Position numbers and translations under genes: made by a program. A stretch of 64,000 bases of DNA from Azolla caroliniana (taxonomy: Eukaryota > Plantae > Polypodiophyta), in contig JBHGNT010000010.1 of assembly GCA_043228905.1 (NCBI GenBank), forward strand, positions 17,608,001-17,672,000, given 5' to 3'. Position 1 is the stretch's first letter; every line of letters starts with the position of its first letter. Under the pieces are notes generated by a model, which saw only the letters and a list, made by a program, of their open reading frames with translations, did not search any database and was not told where the DNA came from. Positions 36,330-50,281 of the stretch are shown piece by piece.

Positions 36330-38376
36330 ATCAGTTTTTTATTCTGGGGTATAATGTGTCGTCGACTCAAAGTAGATTTTTATCCTGAGAAAAACATTGG
36401 TCATTAACTTGTATCGAGATTAGAGCAGTGAAAGCACACCACAGTTTAGCATTCAATTGAACGAGACAACACACACACACACAGATTTGAGTGGTTAATG
36501 TTACCATACTAGCGGCATGTTGTACAGCTGGTGTATTCAGGTATTCAAGTCATGTTTATTTCATGGACTGTAGAAAAATGTCTCTTCATTTCCACTTGAA
36601 TTCAATCCAGGAATGGCCATGGCAAAGTATAGATAATCCGATTCTGAGGAAATATCCGTGTTGTCTACTTATCCCATCCATAACCTATCACTATTTTGAT
36701 ATGGCCATGACAAATTATAGATAATCCGATTCTGAAGAAATATCTGTGCCATCTACTCATACAATGTTTATTTTCAAGTCATATAAACAAAACGATTTTA
36801 TGTTGTGCGTGCTTTGGAATCTTCACTTTATAAAAACAACTCCCTTGAGCACAATTGGAACCATAATTATTGCGTTGTAATTGAGAAAAGGTGAAAGCTT
36901 TTACCGAAGAAAAAATTGTGGTTGCCTCAACATGAATATGCATGTGTAGATTAGAAAATATGTAATGCACATTATACTTAAAGAGATTCTTGTTGTTGGA
37001 TCATGAATGATCCTAAGATGTTTGGTGAGAGATCATGAGTATTTTGCACTAACTATGAAAATTTAGTTATCAGAATCTAGGTAGTTTTTGAAGATATACC
37101 AAACTTGTTTATGTTTGATTTCAATAATGTTTAGAAAATTGAATGATATATGCATCATGCAAAGAGCATCAGCAAAGCCTGACATTAAAAGACCCAGCAT
37201 AGTACAAGTTTTCTATGGTTCCTTGATTATTCTTTACCTAGGTCCATATGCCCTCTAGTAATGGAATTAGCTTGAGATTCAGATGTGATTTGTTGCTATA
37301 GCTTTTTATTTTGTTTATCTCCACGTCTATTTGAGCATGTTCTATGTGGATCATACCTGCATAAAAATATTTGGACCCCTCTTGCAAATTCCGCATCTCT
37401 ATCGTTTTCTGAGTGACGGTCAAATATTTGCAATCATCATGCCATATTACAAAGATTTGGGTGTAAGATGAAAGATCACTTGTGAGTTGTGAAACCATAC
37501 TATAGTCAAATGTTGACATGCTCGTATATAAGATTTCCTACAGCAATGCGTAGCATACCATCCTCAGATTCCACTAATTTTCACCAGCCATTACTTTATT
37601 AAGACCATATATGCGAGCAACTCCATCCCCAACTTAAGATACAGAACCAACAACCATCATAAAATCCATATGAAAATCCATCAAAAGAAGTAAATTTTGA
37701 TGAGATTTAGCACAAGAAAGAAACCATAGGTAGGTAGTTTCAAAAGAAAGAAAACTGCAAAAACTGAGGTCATCTCACTTTCACCAACACAGCACAGACC
37801 TCATGCATCACAATACATGATCACTTAATGCAATGCTAGGAGTATGCTAAGCTCATTGTTATCCCAATTTTTGTTTTGGAATCATGGGCTCCGAATAATA
37901 ATACAGCAATGCCAATGGATCAGGGGTTTAACACTGAATAGCATGTGTATGAACAATGAATTGTGATTATGTCTTCTTCATCTCACATTCTAAGGCTGAA
38001 ATTCTTAAGTTAACTCAGCCTATACAAAAAATTGCAGATTTAATTATCATAAACGAAAGGTTAACACTTCAATAGCATTAAAGAATGTGTATGAACAATG
38101 AATTGTTAGTATCTTCTTTGCCTCCCTGATTCCAGGGCCCAACTTCCTATTTTACAGAAAATACAATAAATCGTGGATTTACTTGTCCCCAGCAGATACT
38201 AGCTACAGAGACAAGCCAGCCCATCCTACATTGGAGAAACGAACATCTATATACAGTTTTAACCATGATGTATCCTCCTGATAACAAGGGTGAAAGGCAT
38301 TTGGCCCCTTGAAATAAGATTTTTCATACAACCAGAACTGTCTGTACATACATTGGGTTTGTACTTGATTCACACA

Positions 38377-41300
38377 TCATGCAATGGTAGATTGAAACAA
38401 AGTTACAGTTGCAATGTGTCCATTCTTCATGACCTGTTGAAGTTAAGAAATGAATAAAAAACAATCTAATAACATATATGAATAGACAGATGTTGGACAT
38501 GACAACAGTGATATATTATCGTCCCAAATGACACAGAAAGACATAATGTATTGATGACTTTGAAAAGTTCAAAGGTGAATGATGAGAACAAAAAATGAGA
38601 TCTCATACAATGCAAAATAACAGCACAGATGAATTGTTAAAATTTGGGAAAAGCACCAAAATGTGCCCAACTTGTTGGATATTCTGGTAATTTCCTGAGA
38701 ACTCAAGTATAATGGTAGATACCCAACAAGTAGTAGTATTTTGGTGTTTTGCCCAATAAACTTATCATATATATGTAATGCATACAGAAGGGTGATGTAC
38801 CTCAAGTGCAATATTCCGATAACTATACACGAATGTTGGTCCAAAGGGGTTACTAACAGAACCCTGTGTCTGTATTGCAGCTCTGCCACCATCTCCAAGT
38901 AGCTCCTAGATTCACAAAAATATTGGCATACCTCGTTATGAAAATATGTGACAAGAAAATCAGTTTTTTTGAAGTTCTCCAGAACTGTATATATCTATCT
39001 ATTAGGAGATATATGCTATATCTTTCAATTTTCTGTAGTAGAAACAAATATGTATACCTTTACTTGATTCCACTTTGTTTCTGACAATATAATATTTGAC
39101 GAGGCTTCTCCATCATCAGCTGATATAAAAGGATATTTATTGTAAATATATGTGTTGTCAATAACCACATCACCATATTTATAACAAATACTGATAGAAA
39201 AGAATCACCATTAGATAGAAAAGTTTCCTTACAATGTGGACAGTGGATGATAAAGTTGCATTTGATGTAAGAGTTAAAATCAGTATGACCAGGAAAATTG
39301 GTATGTAGAATGAACTTCTTGATGCGGTTTGTCTTTAGCAGAAAGTTTATCAATGAGTAAATAAGGTAAGTAAACAAAACCAACAGAACAAATTCAATAA
39401 AAACCGCCAACCTGTCCATCAAACAAGATATCAATCCCACGTGTAAAGTAATTATAAAAATAGTCTCCACATAATGCTGTCCTTGGTTTGGAGTCAGAAG
39501 CTGAATGAATCACCATGGGGTCTACCTATTGCAGTTCAATCAATAATAAATAAGGTACAATGGCTGAATTTTCAGAATGAATTGTGGAAATTTCAAATAC
39601 CTGTTTTTTGTGTATACCGCAAGGCCGACCTAGAAGTGCCCACACATCCTGAGTTAAACCATAAGTTGCACAAGTTAGTGTACAAAAATTACTAGTCCAA
39701 TAGCTAAAAATATATAAATTACCAAACCTAAAAACTTGCCTCCAAATTATGTCAAATATAAACACATCACTTCTCCTTGGCAGATCTAGAGTATCTTTCT
39801 TTCATCAATACATATCTCTATCAGAGAGACTTTCTATTGATTGATTACCCATATTGGTTTCCATTAGGAGCACATATTATGATACACAGAACTTCAAAGA
39901 CCACATTTCCTTCTTGATAAACACTAATTCCGTCCAGACTTCACATACAAATTACACACTTAACCATTTCGGTTATATCTCTACAAGGTCTTAATTTGTG
40001 ACATAGACCTTACATGTAGATTCATATCACCATATACTGCATAATCTTCCCACAAATAATTTACGAATTTTTCATCCTAATTACATCGTTACAAAATCTT
40101 TATGACCAACATAGGAATTCATAAGGTAAGAATAAACCATAGAAGGCCAAGGCTCAGTTGTTTACTTCCCTGTTGATAGCAATAAAATACCCTGACAGTA
40201 TTATATCTAATCAATAACACACCTGAGGAGATGCACCAAAGAGCAAGTGTTGGCCACCACTTGAAAATATGAGTTCCTCCCCAAGCTGCACAAACATAAC
40301 ATATTGCAGGCTGTCAACATTGATGTTAGGAAATTAAATACTTGTATTTTTTAGTACTAGTAATACAATGAAAAAAAAGCGTTACAAGGATATTGGAATC
40401 TAAATGACATAAGGCCAGGAAAACCCACCAAGCATGAAAGGCAGACTCTTCCATCATGTACTATTAACAATCAATATAGGGATACCAACCTAGATCTATA
40501 TACATATCAATATAGGGATAAATCTATCCAACTTCATCTGTAATAGGGCAAGGGAAACATTGATGCCTTTCCATTTTTTCTTCAATTTTCTTCATTATTG
40601 AGGCTTGCGTTATAATTTGAGGACTCATAATGGTTCTCCTTGGTGTTCCTTCTTCTAGCTTTTCCTTGGTTTCTTCTCTTTGTGCCAGTTGCACATTGCC
40701 TCAGCGAATGTTGAAAGCAAATGAGGCTTTGAAGAAGACATGTGAGAAGTAGAATTGATGTGTCACATTAAAGTCAGAATTGAAGGCACTTCAAGGTAAA
40801 CATGCGGACGGGACCAAACGATGGAAGCATATAGAAAACAAATGTGACTATACATATGAGCTTTTCTACTCAGGTGGCCTTGATGATATGCTATATGCAG
40901 AGTTAAACTTTTTGGCTATGTTTGTCATTTGCATTATTGGAATCATAAGGTCCGACTTAGAAATTTTAAAGTAGCCAGAAGTTAAGAAGTATAGTAAGCC
41001 TTAACGGCCTGTCTTGAGGAGTCCATCCATGCTGGCAAAACATGGATATATGCAAAAAAGAAATCTTTAAAAAGGATACCATAGCTGGTATCTTACGCAA
41101 GTCTACTGAACAGTATTAAATAAAGGACTAACAATGCAGAAAAGCAAATGCAAATGCAAATGATCCATGTAGTCAATAATGATTATGATTGAAATGATAC
41201 GAAACAATATGTTATACTTGCGCTTTCAAAAGATCAAAATTTATTAGATTCATGTGAATCTTATAGAATGTCTTGTAAAATAATACAAAATTGAAGTGTA

Positions 41301-43747
41301 CCTAGACTAGGTAAGTAGGTCCTATGTGACTTTTTGAGAGAGAGAGAGAGAGGGAGGGAGGGAGGAACCTTCACATGTACTTCTTCAAGATAGATGCTAC
41401 CAGGTGGAAGCTGCGGTAGCAGAGCCTTTTTCAATGATGACCCAATTCCAACACCAATTCCACCACTACCTATTGAACTATCATAAATGCAAACTCGTGA
41501 CATTACAGGTGTTGTTCCATCTGGAAACTCCAGTGGTAACTCAGCCGCTGTCCACAAACAAGAACGTAAGAATCACCACCAAAACAATTCTTTTATGCTA
41601 CTCAGCCAGAGATTTCTTAATTCTTACCTTCCCGACCTTGGAAGCTGACTGCATACTGTCCCGGTATAGGAAAAGCAAAAGATAGACCCTATATATAACA
41701 TAGGATTATATTCTCTGAGTGCAAAAGCTGTCTGTCAATCCACTAAACAACGCAAATAGGAATAAGGATGTCAAGGCGTACAGGGTAAAAAAGGGTATAC
41801 GAGCATCGCTCCATGTCATAAGTTCCCGGGAATGTCGGTCCAAACAAAGCGTAAACAGCTACAAATGTGGCTGCAATATTAGCTCCCCTGCAATATATAA
41901 AAAAGAGTTTTTAGATTTTCAAATAGACCAAAATGCAATTGAGAAGAAAAAGAATATCAAACTCAAAGGATACATTACCCTATTGAAGATGTTGCATAAC
42001 GCATTTGGAGCCGTTGTACATCAAAAACCTCTATGAGACGCAGCCGCTGTTGAGCAATAACTGTTAGCATATCACTTCTATATCATAGATTTGAATGTGC
42101 TAATAATTTACACAAGTGTTGTTTTCTAAATACCTGAGAGCGAGACTCAAACCGTAAATGGAACCCATGGTTGGGAAAACTGATCACTAAATCATGCAAT
42201 AATGGCTCCTACATATATAAGAAGAACATTTAAAAAGAGAAAACACCATAAGAAGCACCATGCTCCTATCACAAAAAACTGAAATAATTAATGTTCGCCG
42301 ATTAATTCCACATGAGTAAGCATCTCAACACCCAAAAAAGAACCCAAAACTTCAATTTGGAGCACCCAAAACTTGACCTACCCTTAACTACAAAGCTGCC
42401 ATGATCCCTTTACTATAATACCTTAACGATACAATTTGATCACTATCCAATATCCTTAATCCCCTTGGTTCCAAATGCATAAACAAGAGAACATCGCATA
42501 CATTGCGCTAGTCCTCCTCAATGCATGTCTATACATGCACAGATACAACATACACAGACATAAGCACACATGAGGACTAAATCTAAATCAATACAGAAAT
42601 TAAATAGGGATATAAGCAAAAAATAGTCCCTGAGAAGAAAAGCTACCCCAAGTTCCAATCCATTCACATATACATAATCAGCGCCATGTCAAAATTTAGT
42701 CCACACAAATTCCGTCTTCTGCCATAAACACTCATATAGATGGATTTAATTACCACATACAAATTGAAACCATCAGAATAACGGGATGAATTAAAGCACT
42801 AAAGACAGCATCACATAATCATATTTCCTTAAAAGGTTCAGTTCACAGCAAAACATAGATGAATTGGAAGATTCACGACATACACCAGAAAAACATTTAT
42901 ATTTTCTTAGAATTTTGATTCTATCCAATTTAGAGAAATGTCAGATGAATTGAATCATTAAATACAACAGTAAAAAAAAGCATTACTTTAGCTTACCACG
43001 TTTAAAAATAGAATATATGACCTAAACCACTACATGTAACATTAAATACACATGTTACCATTGCTTCCAAGGATGATTCATTTTAATAGAAGAACATTGA
43101 ATCGAACACTACATATAATGATTAAAATAAATAAATAAAAATCCTTTAACAAACATAATTTGAACCAGGATATTAAAATAAGGATGATTCTTTAACAAAA
43201 GGACGAGATGATTTTAACCAGGACAGACAGAATAAAAGGAACATAATTCTCTTTTTCTTAAGAGAATGTTTATTCCAGTTCAAAATAACATAAAACAAAG
43301 AAGAGACACTTTGATTAAAGGAATGAATCATAACATATGGACATGATGCAAGCACATTCCATATGCTTAAAAAAACCTATCAAAATTCTGAATGAAATAT
43401 GAAGAAATTGAGAAAATAAAAACATCATCGAGGGAAGAAGGGAAGACGCAGATCGGATTAGACACGTGCCTCATCATGATATTTCACTTGAACTTCATCG
43501 AAAGTGTTGAGATGTTGGTCCACATGAGCGAACGCATCGCACACGGGCATTCCTGTACAAACGATAATAAAAACAGAAGGAAGGGAGGCGAGTGATTGAA
43601 CGAATGGATCGACAAGAAGAAGACGATGATGATGACGATGAAGAGAACAAACGAAACGAAACTAAACGAGCGAATTTTATTTAGCTTACCGAGAAGGAAG
43701 GGGCCAAGGCCTGCGCCAGGTCTCAAGTCTAGGGTTAGGGTTCCCAT
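38377..43747 (-). CDS. PHAF1 / UPF0183 family protein (At3g51130 / C16orf70-like), multi-exon
   Basis: Spliced peptides: MGTLTLDLRPGAGLGPFLLG, MPVCDAF..VKYHDE, ISFPNHGFHLRFE, RLIEVFDVQRLQMRYATS, ATFVAVYALFGPTFPG, LPLEFPDGTTPV, LGRPCGIHKKQ, DYFYNYFTRGIDILFDG, KKFILHTNFPGHTDFNSY, AIQTQGSVSNPFG, last exon VMKNGHIATVTLFQSTIA* (38377-38433). Confidence 0.9.
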
Positions 43748-43803
43748 GAAACAGATGCAGAGAAAGAAAACGCGAACACAGAGAAGACAGACGAGAAGGG
43801 AAG

Positions 43804-43806
<3 letters not shown>

Positions 43807-43837
<31 letters not shown>

Positions 43838-43841
43838 AGGA

Positions 43842-43880
<39 letters not shown>

Positions 43881-43881
43881 T
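43807..43881. repeat. (GA)n and (ATT)n microsatellites upstream of the PHAF1-like gene
   Basis: Directly visible runs. Confidence 0.95.
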
Positions 43882-44693
43882 AAATTAGTTAATTGATTGA
43901 TTTTTATTGTAGAGGGAGCAAAGTTCAGCCAAGTTTGTGGATCTCCTCCAAATTTAGTTTTGGTCCAAAACGATGGACAAAAATAGGGTCTCTAAAATCC
44001 TTCTCATCGTGATCGATACGCCCCTCAGCTCGCAACCTACTCACAAAATTGCCCGCTCCCAGGCCCAATGTGATGATGATTGTGATGAAATGAACCACAC
44101 GCTTAATCCTCCTACATCTTCTGAAATTCGAATCATATTTAGGAATGGACATAGGCGGCTCAAGCCAAGTGGCTTCGCTCCAAACCAATTGAAACAAGCA
44201 ATGTTGTAGCCCAAGCCGAGATGTTAAGCCGATCAAATCAAGCTAAGCTGACCAAGAACAAAGCACAATCCAGGGCATTTAAGTTGAACCGCTCTTGAGC
44301 TCCATGGCTTATTGGCTTGAGTTCTTTTGGGAAAAATGGTGATTAGGCAGGTGGCAAGGGTGAGGGATGAGGGAAAAAACGTTAGGAAAGGTTGAGGTCT
44401 TGAGCCAAGTTGAGGTCGAATCGAGGATTGAAGTTGAATCAATTCCAAGCAGAGCTAGGAATTTGTGTGGCTTGCTTGAGTTGCAACCTTGCTAATTCCT
44501 AATTGTATTTGCATTGAATTTTTCATGAGAACTTGGGAGTCTGATTGACTACCAATCTCTAAGATCATAACAAATTACTAGGACACCCATGTGTGTTCTC
44601 AAATTATATCCTCAACATTGTATGTTGGCTTTGTCATTAAAGAAAGGTAACCGCCCACATGGGGTTCACTCAAAGCCTCGAGGAGGGGGAACC

Positions 44694-47600
44694 TGTTAGA
44701 GACAAAGCCGTGTCGATGCGGAAGATCAAGCAGCATTCGATTAGGGTTGAGTACCTGCGTATGACAGTTTCCAAGATCGTGCACAGAGATAGAGAGAGAG
44801 AGAGAGAGAGAGGAGGCACAAAAGACTCTTTCTATTCCATAGAAACAATAATACAACCAACCTTACAAAAAGGTTACTAGGTCACTTTATATAGTGACAA
44901 ACTTAGGGCAACTACCATTTATGCTAATTACACAAATGGCCCAAACTTGAGCTATACAAAGGGATTGTGTGAATACGTCCATTATACACTTGTATTCGAC
45001 ACTCCCCCGTAATGGGCGTATACATGGGTTATCTAAGATTACAGGTATAAACCTAGGTTCTCGGACATATCAGTTTTTTGTTCGGGTCGGCAGGGTCCGA
45101 AGGCAGAAGACCGGACTGGTCGGGTCGGAAGAGTTGAAGCCGATCATTAAGGAACTGATGTCGGTTGTCTGAAACCATCCTGCGCTGTGTCCGGCTCTAA
45201 CCGGACTGGTTTGTCGTTACGCCCATCTGATGCCGAAGGGACCGAAAGCGGTCTGCCGAAAGACACTTGGTCATTCCATCTGCGACATTGTCGGTTGTGG
45301 ATATTTTCTCTAGACCGATTTTCCCTGAAATGACGCAGTCCCGAACGAATTGATATCGAACGTCGATATGTTTGGAGGCGTTGTGGTGAACCGGATTTTT
45401 CGACAAGGCAACAGCACCTTGACTGTCGCTATAGACAACTGGGGCCGAGTCATGGTCGACTTGTCGAAACGTGTGCGCCAGCCGGCCGAGCCACAAAGCT
45501 TCTTTTGCAGCGTCGGACGCAGCTACATATTCTGCTTCGGTCGTTGAGGTCGCTGTGCACTCCTGAAGTTTCGACTTCCACGAAATTGCTCCATTGCCGA
45601 ATTTGAAGCAGTATCCAGTTGTTGATTTCCGACTGTCTATACAGCCGGCGAAGTCCGAGTCGGTGTAACCGACTACGCCTGAGGTTGAGTTCGGACCGAA
45701 AAGAATGCCGTGGTCTTTTGTGCCAGCCAGATATTTGAACACAAGCTTGACTGCGTTCCAATGCGATCGGCCAGGATTGTGCATAAATCTGCTAACGACT
45801 CCTACGGCATGAGAAATATCAGGCCGTGTCGCGACCATCAGGTACATAAGGGAGCCGACTGCCGGTGCATACGGTACCGACTTCATATCTTCCCCCTCCG
45901 GACCGGATGTCGGGCAGTCTCGCTGAGAGAGCCGAAGATTCATGGGGAGCGGGGTTGAAGCAGATTTGGCTGATTGCATGTTGAAGCGTTCCAAGACACG
46001 TTCGATATAGTCGGTCTGAGACAAAAAAAGATGTCGTTTATCGCGATGCCGACTAATCTTCATTCCAAGTATGTGTCGTGCCGGACCGAGGTCCTTCATG
46101 GCAAACTTCAACCGCAATTGTCGAATGAGATCGGCAAGTTCGCCCGCGTGGCGTCCAGAAATTAGCATGTCGTCCACGTAAATGATGAGGAAGATGGGTG
46201 ATCCATCTTGAGCTGTGTTGGTAAAAAGACAATGGTCCTCATCGCTTTTTGAGAAGCCAATCGATTGGATGAAGTCATCGAACTTCTTGTACCATTGTCG
46301 CGGTGCCTGTTTGAGGCCGTATAGACTCTTCCTGAGTCGGCAGACTAGATGTTCTTGGCCAGTTGCCACGAAGCCTTTTGGCTGCTCCATATAAATTTCC
46401 TCTTCAAGATCACCATGGAGGAAGGCTGTTTTGACATCTAGCTGAATCAGCTCCAAGTTGTCGGCTGCCACTACGCCGAGTAGAAAACGAAGGGTTGTCA
46501 TTTTCACCACTGGTGAAAAAATCTCGTCGAAGTCGACGCCATATTCTTGTCGGAAGCCCTTCGCAACTAATCTGGCCTTGTACTTTGGGGTGGTCGAGTC
46601 AGACGTCTCTTTTAGTCGATAAACCCACTTGCAAGGGAGAGCACGTCGATTCTTAGGTAATTCGACCAGATCCCAAGTCTTGTTTGCCCGAATGGAGTGC
46701 ATTTCCGACTCCATCGCCAGATGCCAGGTGGCTGAATCGACAGATGTCGATGCTTCTTCGTAAGACGTCGGTTCGCCGGCGTCGGTGAAGAAAATTCCAG
46801 GAGAATACCTCTCCGGAGGTTGCGACAGTCTCTCGGATCGTCGAGGTATGATTGGACTGGTCGTATCGGGTATCGAGGTCGGATGGTCCGAAAGCGAATT
46901 ATTCTGCTGTGCCGAGTCAGAGTTGTCCGAGTCGGTAGTGTAAGGTTCAGCTACCCGTGAAGCTGACCGTGTGTTGAGAGCGGGGCCTTCTTGAAGGGTC
47001 GGCACATCGGAAAATGTTACCCTTCGGACTTCGATCGGTGTTTCGACTGATGGAATCATAGCCGACTCGTTGAACACAACGTCCGAGCTTCGAACGATTT
47101 GTCTGCGTTCGGGGTCCCAGAGTCGGTATCCCATTTCGCCGTCTGATCCATATCCAAGGAAAATGCATTTCTTGGACCGAGGTGCAAGTTTTCGGCGATC
47201 ATCTTTCGGAATAAGGGCGTACGCCTCGCATCCGAAGATCCTCAGCTTGTCGTAATTCGGCTTACTGCCGATCCATAGTTCCTGAGGAATTTGAAGTCCT
47301 AGAGGTCTGCTTGGCGACATATTGATTATGTGTACTGCCGTGAGTAGAGCCTCTGCCCAGAAGCCATCCGACAGTCCGGAGTGTTGGAGCATGGAAACTA
47401 TCCGTTCTTGGATTGTCCGATTCATGCGTTCTGCAATCCCGTTTTGCTCCGGACTGTGTGGTGCCGTAAATTCACGTCGGATGCCGCGTTGTCGGCAGAA
47501 TTTGACGAATTCTTCTGATTTGAACTCTCCCCCATTGTCGGTCCGAAAGCATTTCAGTTTTCGGTCAGTTTGATTTTCTACCATAGCGAGCCAATCGGAG

Positions 47601-50281
47601 AAGATCGAGAAGACACGATCTTTGGTGCGAATTGGATAAGCCCACACCTTTCGAGTCGAATCGTCAATAAAGCTGACGAAGTAAGAGGCACCGCCGAGAG
47701 ACTGATGCGGCATTGGGCCACAGACGTCCGAGTGGACTAAATCGAGAGGTCTCGTTTCTCTTGGTGCTGATGTCGGGTGTGATGCGGCTGCTTGTTTGCC
47801 ATACTGGCAATGTTCGCAGAATTGATGGTCCGAGAAGGAGAGTTTAGGGATGTATCCGGCTCTAGATAGGTGCGTAATGCCGGCCTTGCTGAGGTGTCCT
47901 AATCTTCTGTGCCATAGTGATGACACAGGAATATCCACCAAAAACAGGTTACCCTCTCTGAGCGTAACATGTAACGGATACAGTGAGTGTATCTTGGGTC
48001 CTCTAGCAAGCAGGAGGTTCCCCCTGTGGAGTGTCCACCCTCCCGAAGAAAAACCGGCACGAATGCCGTCTTCATCTAGTTGTTCGACTGAGATCAATGG
48101 CCTTGAGAGCTCGGGTACATGTCGGACATTGTGAAGTACAAGTGTAGAGCCACCTGCAAGGTTGAGCTCTACTGTGCCGATTCCAATGATGTCACAGTGT
48201 TGCGAGTTGCCGACTCGAACTGAGTCGGAGTGACGGATCGTATATTGCCGAAATTGGGATCGATGAGGAGTCACGTGAAATGACGCGCCCGAATCTAAGA
48301 GCCATGTGCTCGATTCTTCAGTCGTGAGCAGAACTTCTGATCCGACTGGATTTTCGATTGATAGTATATTCGGGTCGTTTGGTAGCACATCAGCTGAGAA
48401 GCTGACGTAGTTGATCTCCTCATGCCGGCCACTCTTCTTGTCTGAATTCTGAGACTTGTCGTTCTTGTTCTTGAGTGCGCGGCAGTCGGCTTTGATGTGT
48501 CCGAGTTTCTTGCAATAGTTGCAGATTCGATTATCCCGTGACTGGCTCCGTCTTCGCTGATTGTTTGGCTGCCGTGAGGAATCTCTTCCTCGTATGTTCG
48601 ATCGGTCTGTCGAACCTTGTACTACATAAGCTTCGTCTGTTGAGTCTTTGGCGAAAGACTTTCTCCGAGCTGCTTCGGTCAGGATTGCGCTCGTGACTTC
48701 GGAGTATTTAACAGCCGTGGTTGACGCGTTGCACACGGTTGTGACGAAAGTCTCCCATGATAAGGGAAGGCTGCTCATGAGTATCATTGCTCTGAGTTCA
48801 TCCTCGATTGCCGTCCCCTGAGAGGAGATTTGGGAGCTTATGCTTTCGTACTCATTGAGATGTGCTTGAACCGAATCTGATTCTTTCATCCGCAAGTTGT
48901 AGAGGCGCCGGATCAGAAACATCTTTGTTGCAGCGACCTTCTTTTCGTAGGTGTCCGACAGTGTTTTCCACAGTTCGAATGCTGTCGTACACGATTGCAC
49001 CGTAAAGTATACCGATTCCGATAGGTGCATCCGAATCGTGGCGCGGACGATTCTGTCCAGCTTCTGCCACTCAATTGGTTTGTATCCTTCTGGAGGTTCT
49101 TCATTTTCGATGGGATCGATTTGCCCCTTGACTATGAGATAGTCCTGCATTTGCTCCTTCCAGAAGTTGAAGTTCGATCCATCGAACTTTCGTAGACTCA
49201 TTTCTGACGAGCCGGATGTTGATGCCATCAAATTTGGTTTCGGTTGACGAAGCTCGGTTCGGAGTTGACTACGAACCTTGTTGGAGTGCAGCCGGTTGGC
49301 TCACCCGATATCGTTCTAGTCGGATTTGAACCCGAGTCGGTTCGGCTTCGGATATATGTATTGTTGAACTTGCTCGAATTGACTCCGGTAACTTGAGGGA
49401 CAAAACCGACTGGTCTTCCCGAATGTTGCTGAGTCGGAGTGAGCCCGATTCGCTTCCGAATATATATATGCCAACTACCGATTATTGAAACCGATTGTCT
49501 GGACCGATTCTGCTTCGGGTGACTGCAGCGACGAGAGAGACGGATCCAACTGATCCTCCCGAATGTCGATCAGCCGGATGAAGCACGAATTGGGGTTGTT
49601 GTCTTGAGACCGATCTGCACCGAGTGGTTACAATGAGCGGCGAGCAGCGTTTGATGACCTCTTCGGATGCCGTTTAACCGAGTGGAGCACGATCGTGTCA
49701 ATGTTGCACAAGGGGATTTCACCTCGAGCGGTTACGATCACAAGGAACAGAGTACAACCACTCCAAGCAAAGATGATCTAACGCGATGAGATGCAAGCCT
49801 CGTTTTTCTTCTTCTTCTCTGTTTCTTCGAATGGCGCAAGAAGCCGAATGCTTTGCAGACTAGGATGAAGCGAAAGGCCGAATACTGTGCAGGCTGTGAT
49901 GACGCGAAGAACCGAATGTTGCGCAGGCTGAGACGACGGCCGACAGCGGGTTGAGGGACCTTCGCTCTGATACCAAATGTTAGAGACAAGGCCGTGTCGA
50001 TGCGGAAGATCAAGCAGCATTCGATTAGGGTTGAGTACCTGCGTATGACAGTTTCCAAGATCGTGCACAGAGATAGAGAGAGAGAGAGAGAGGAGGCACA
50101 AAAGACTCTTTCTATTCCATAGAAACAATAATACAACCAACCTTACAAAAAGGTTACTAGGTCACTTTATATAGTGACAAACTTAGGGCAACTACCATTT
50201 ATGCTAATTACACAAATGGCCCAAACTTGAGCTATACAAAGGGATTGTGTGAATACGTCCATTATACACTTGTATTCGACA
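44694..50281 (-). mobile_element. Intact, very young Ty1/Copia LTR retrotransposon (family B, Tnt1-like)
   Basis: LTRs 49978-50281 (5') and 44694-45001 (3') differ by one substitution plus GA-repeat length. TSD GAACC (44689-44693, 50282-50286), PBS complement GCTCTGATACCA at 49964-49975, PPT at 45002-45010. Confidence 0.98.
45197..49228 (-). CDS. Copia Gag-Pol polyprotein, 1343 aa, uninterrupted
   Basis: Single ORF: Gag, CCHC knuckle (CNYCKKLGHIKADC), protease LLDSGA, GAG-pre-integrase, integrase D-D-E, RT YVDD, RNase H. Confidence 0.97.
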   Translation of the reverse strand: MASTSGSSEMSLRKFDGSNFNFWKEQMQDYLIVKGQIDPIENEEPPEGYKPIEWQKLDRIVRATIRMHLSESVYFTVQSCTTAFELWKTLSDTYEKKVAATKMFLIRRLYNLRMKESDSVQAHLNEYESISSQISSQGTAIEDELRAMILMSSLPLSWETFVTTVCNASTTAVKYSEVTSAILTEAARRKSFAKDSTDEAYVVQGSTDRSNIRGRDSSRQPNNQRRRSQSRDNRICNYCKKLGHIKADCRALKNKNDKSQNSDKKSGRHEEINYVSFSADVLPNDPNILSIENPVGSEVLLTTEESSTWLLDSGASFHVTPHRSQFRQYTIRHSDSVRVGNSQHCDIIGIGTVELNLAGGSTLVLHNVRHVPELSRPLISVEQLDEDGIRAGFSSGGWTLHRGNLLLARGPKIHSLYPLHVTLREGNLFLVDIPVSSLWHRRLGHLSKAGITHLSRAGYIPKLSFSDHQFCEHCQYGKQAAASHPTSAPRETRPLDLVHSDVCGPMPHQSLGGASYFVSFIDDSTRKVWAYPIRTKDRVFSIFSDWLAMVENQTDRKLKCFRTDNGGEFKSEEFVKFCRQRGIRREFTAPHSPEQNGIAERMNRTIQERIVSMLQHSGLSDGFWAEALLTAVHIINMSPSRPLGLQIPQELWIGSKPNYDKLRIFGCEAYALIPKDDRRKLAPRSKKCIFLGYGSDGEMGYRLWDPERRQIVRSSDVVFNESAMIPSVETPIEVRRVTFSDVPTLQEGPALNTRSASRVAEPYTTDSDNSDSAQQNNSLSDHPTSIPDTTSPIIPRRSERLSQPPERYSPGIFFTDAGEPTSYEEASTSVDSATWHLAMESEMHSIRANKTWDLVELPKNRRALPCKWVYRLKETSDSTTPKYKARLVAKGFRQEYGVDFDEIFSPVVKMTTLRFLLGVVAADNLELIQLDVKTAFLHGDLEEEIYMEQPKGFVATGQEHLVCRLRKSLYGLKQAPRQWYKKFDDFIQSIGFSKSDEDHCLFTNTAQDGSPIFLIIYVDDMLISGRHAGELADLIRQLRLKFAMKDLGPARHILGMKISRHRDKRHLFLSQTDYIERVLERFNMQSAKSASTPLPMNLRLSQRDCPTSGPEGEDMKSVPYAPAVGSLMYLMVATRPDISHAVGVVSRFMHNPGRSHWNAVKLVFKYLAGTKDHGILFGPNSTSGVVGYTDSDFAGCIDSRKSTTGYCFKFGNGAISWKSKLQECTATSTTEAEYVAASDAAKEALWLGRLAHTFRQVDHDSAPVVYSDSQGAVALSKNPVHHNASKHIDVRYQFVRDCVISGKIGLEKISTTDNVADGMTKCLSADRFRSLRHQMGVTTNQSG

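Noticed and set aside
43910-44495. Possible degenerate hAT-like MITE with AAGCC repeats
   Set aside because: No matching TIR pair or TSD could be identified.
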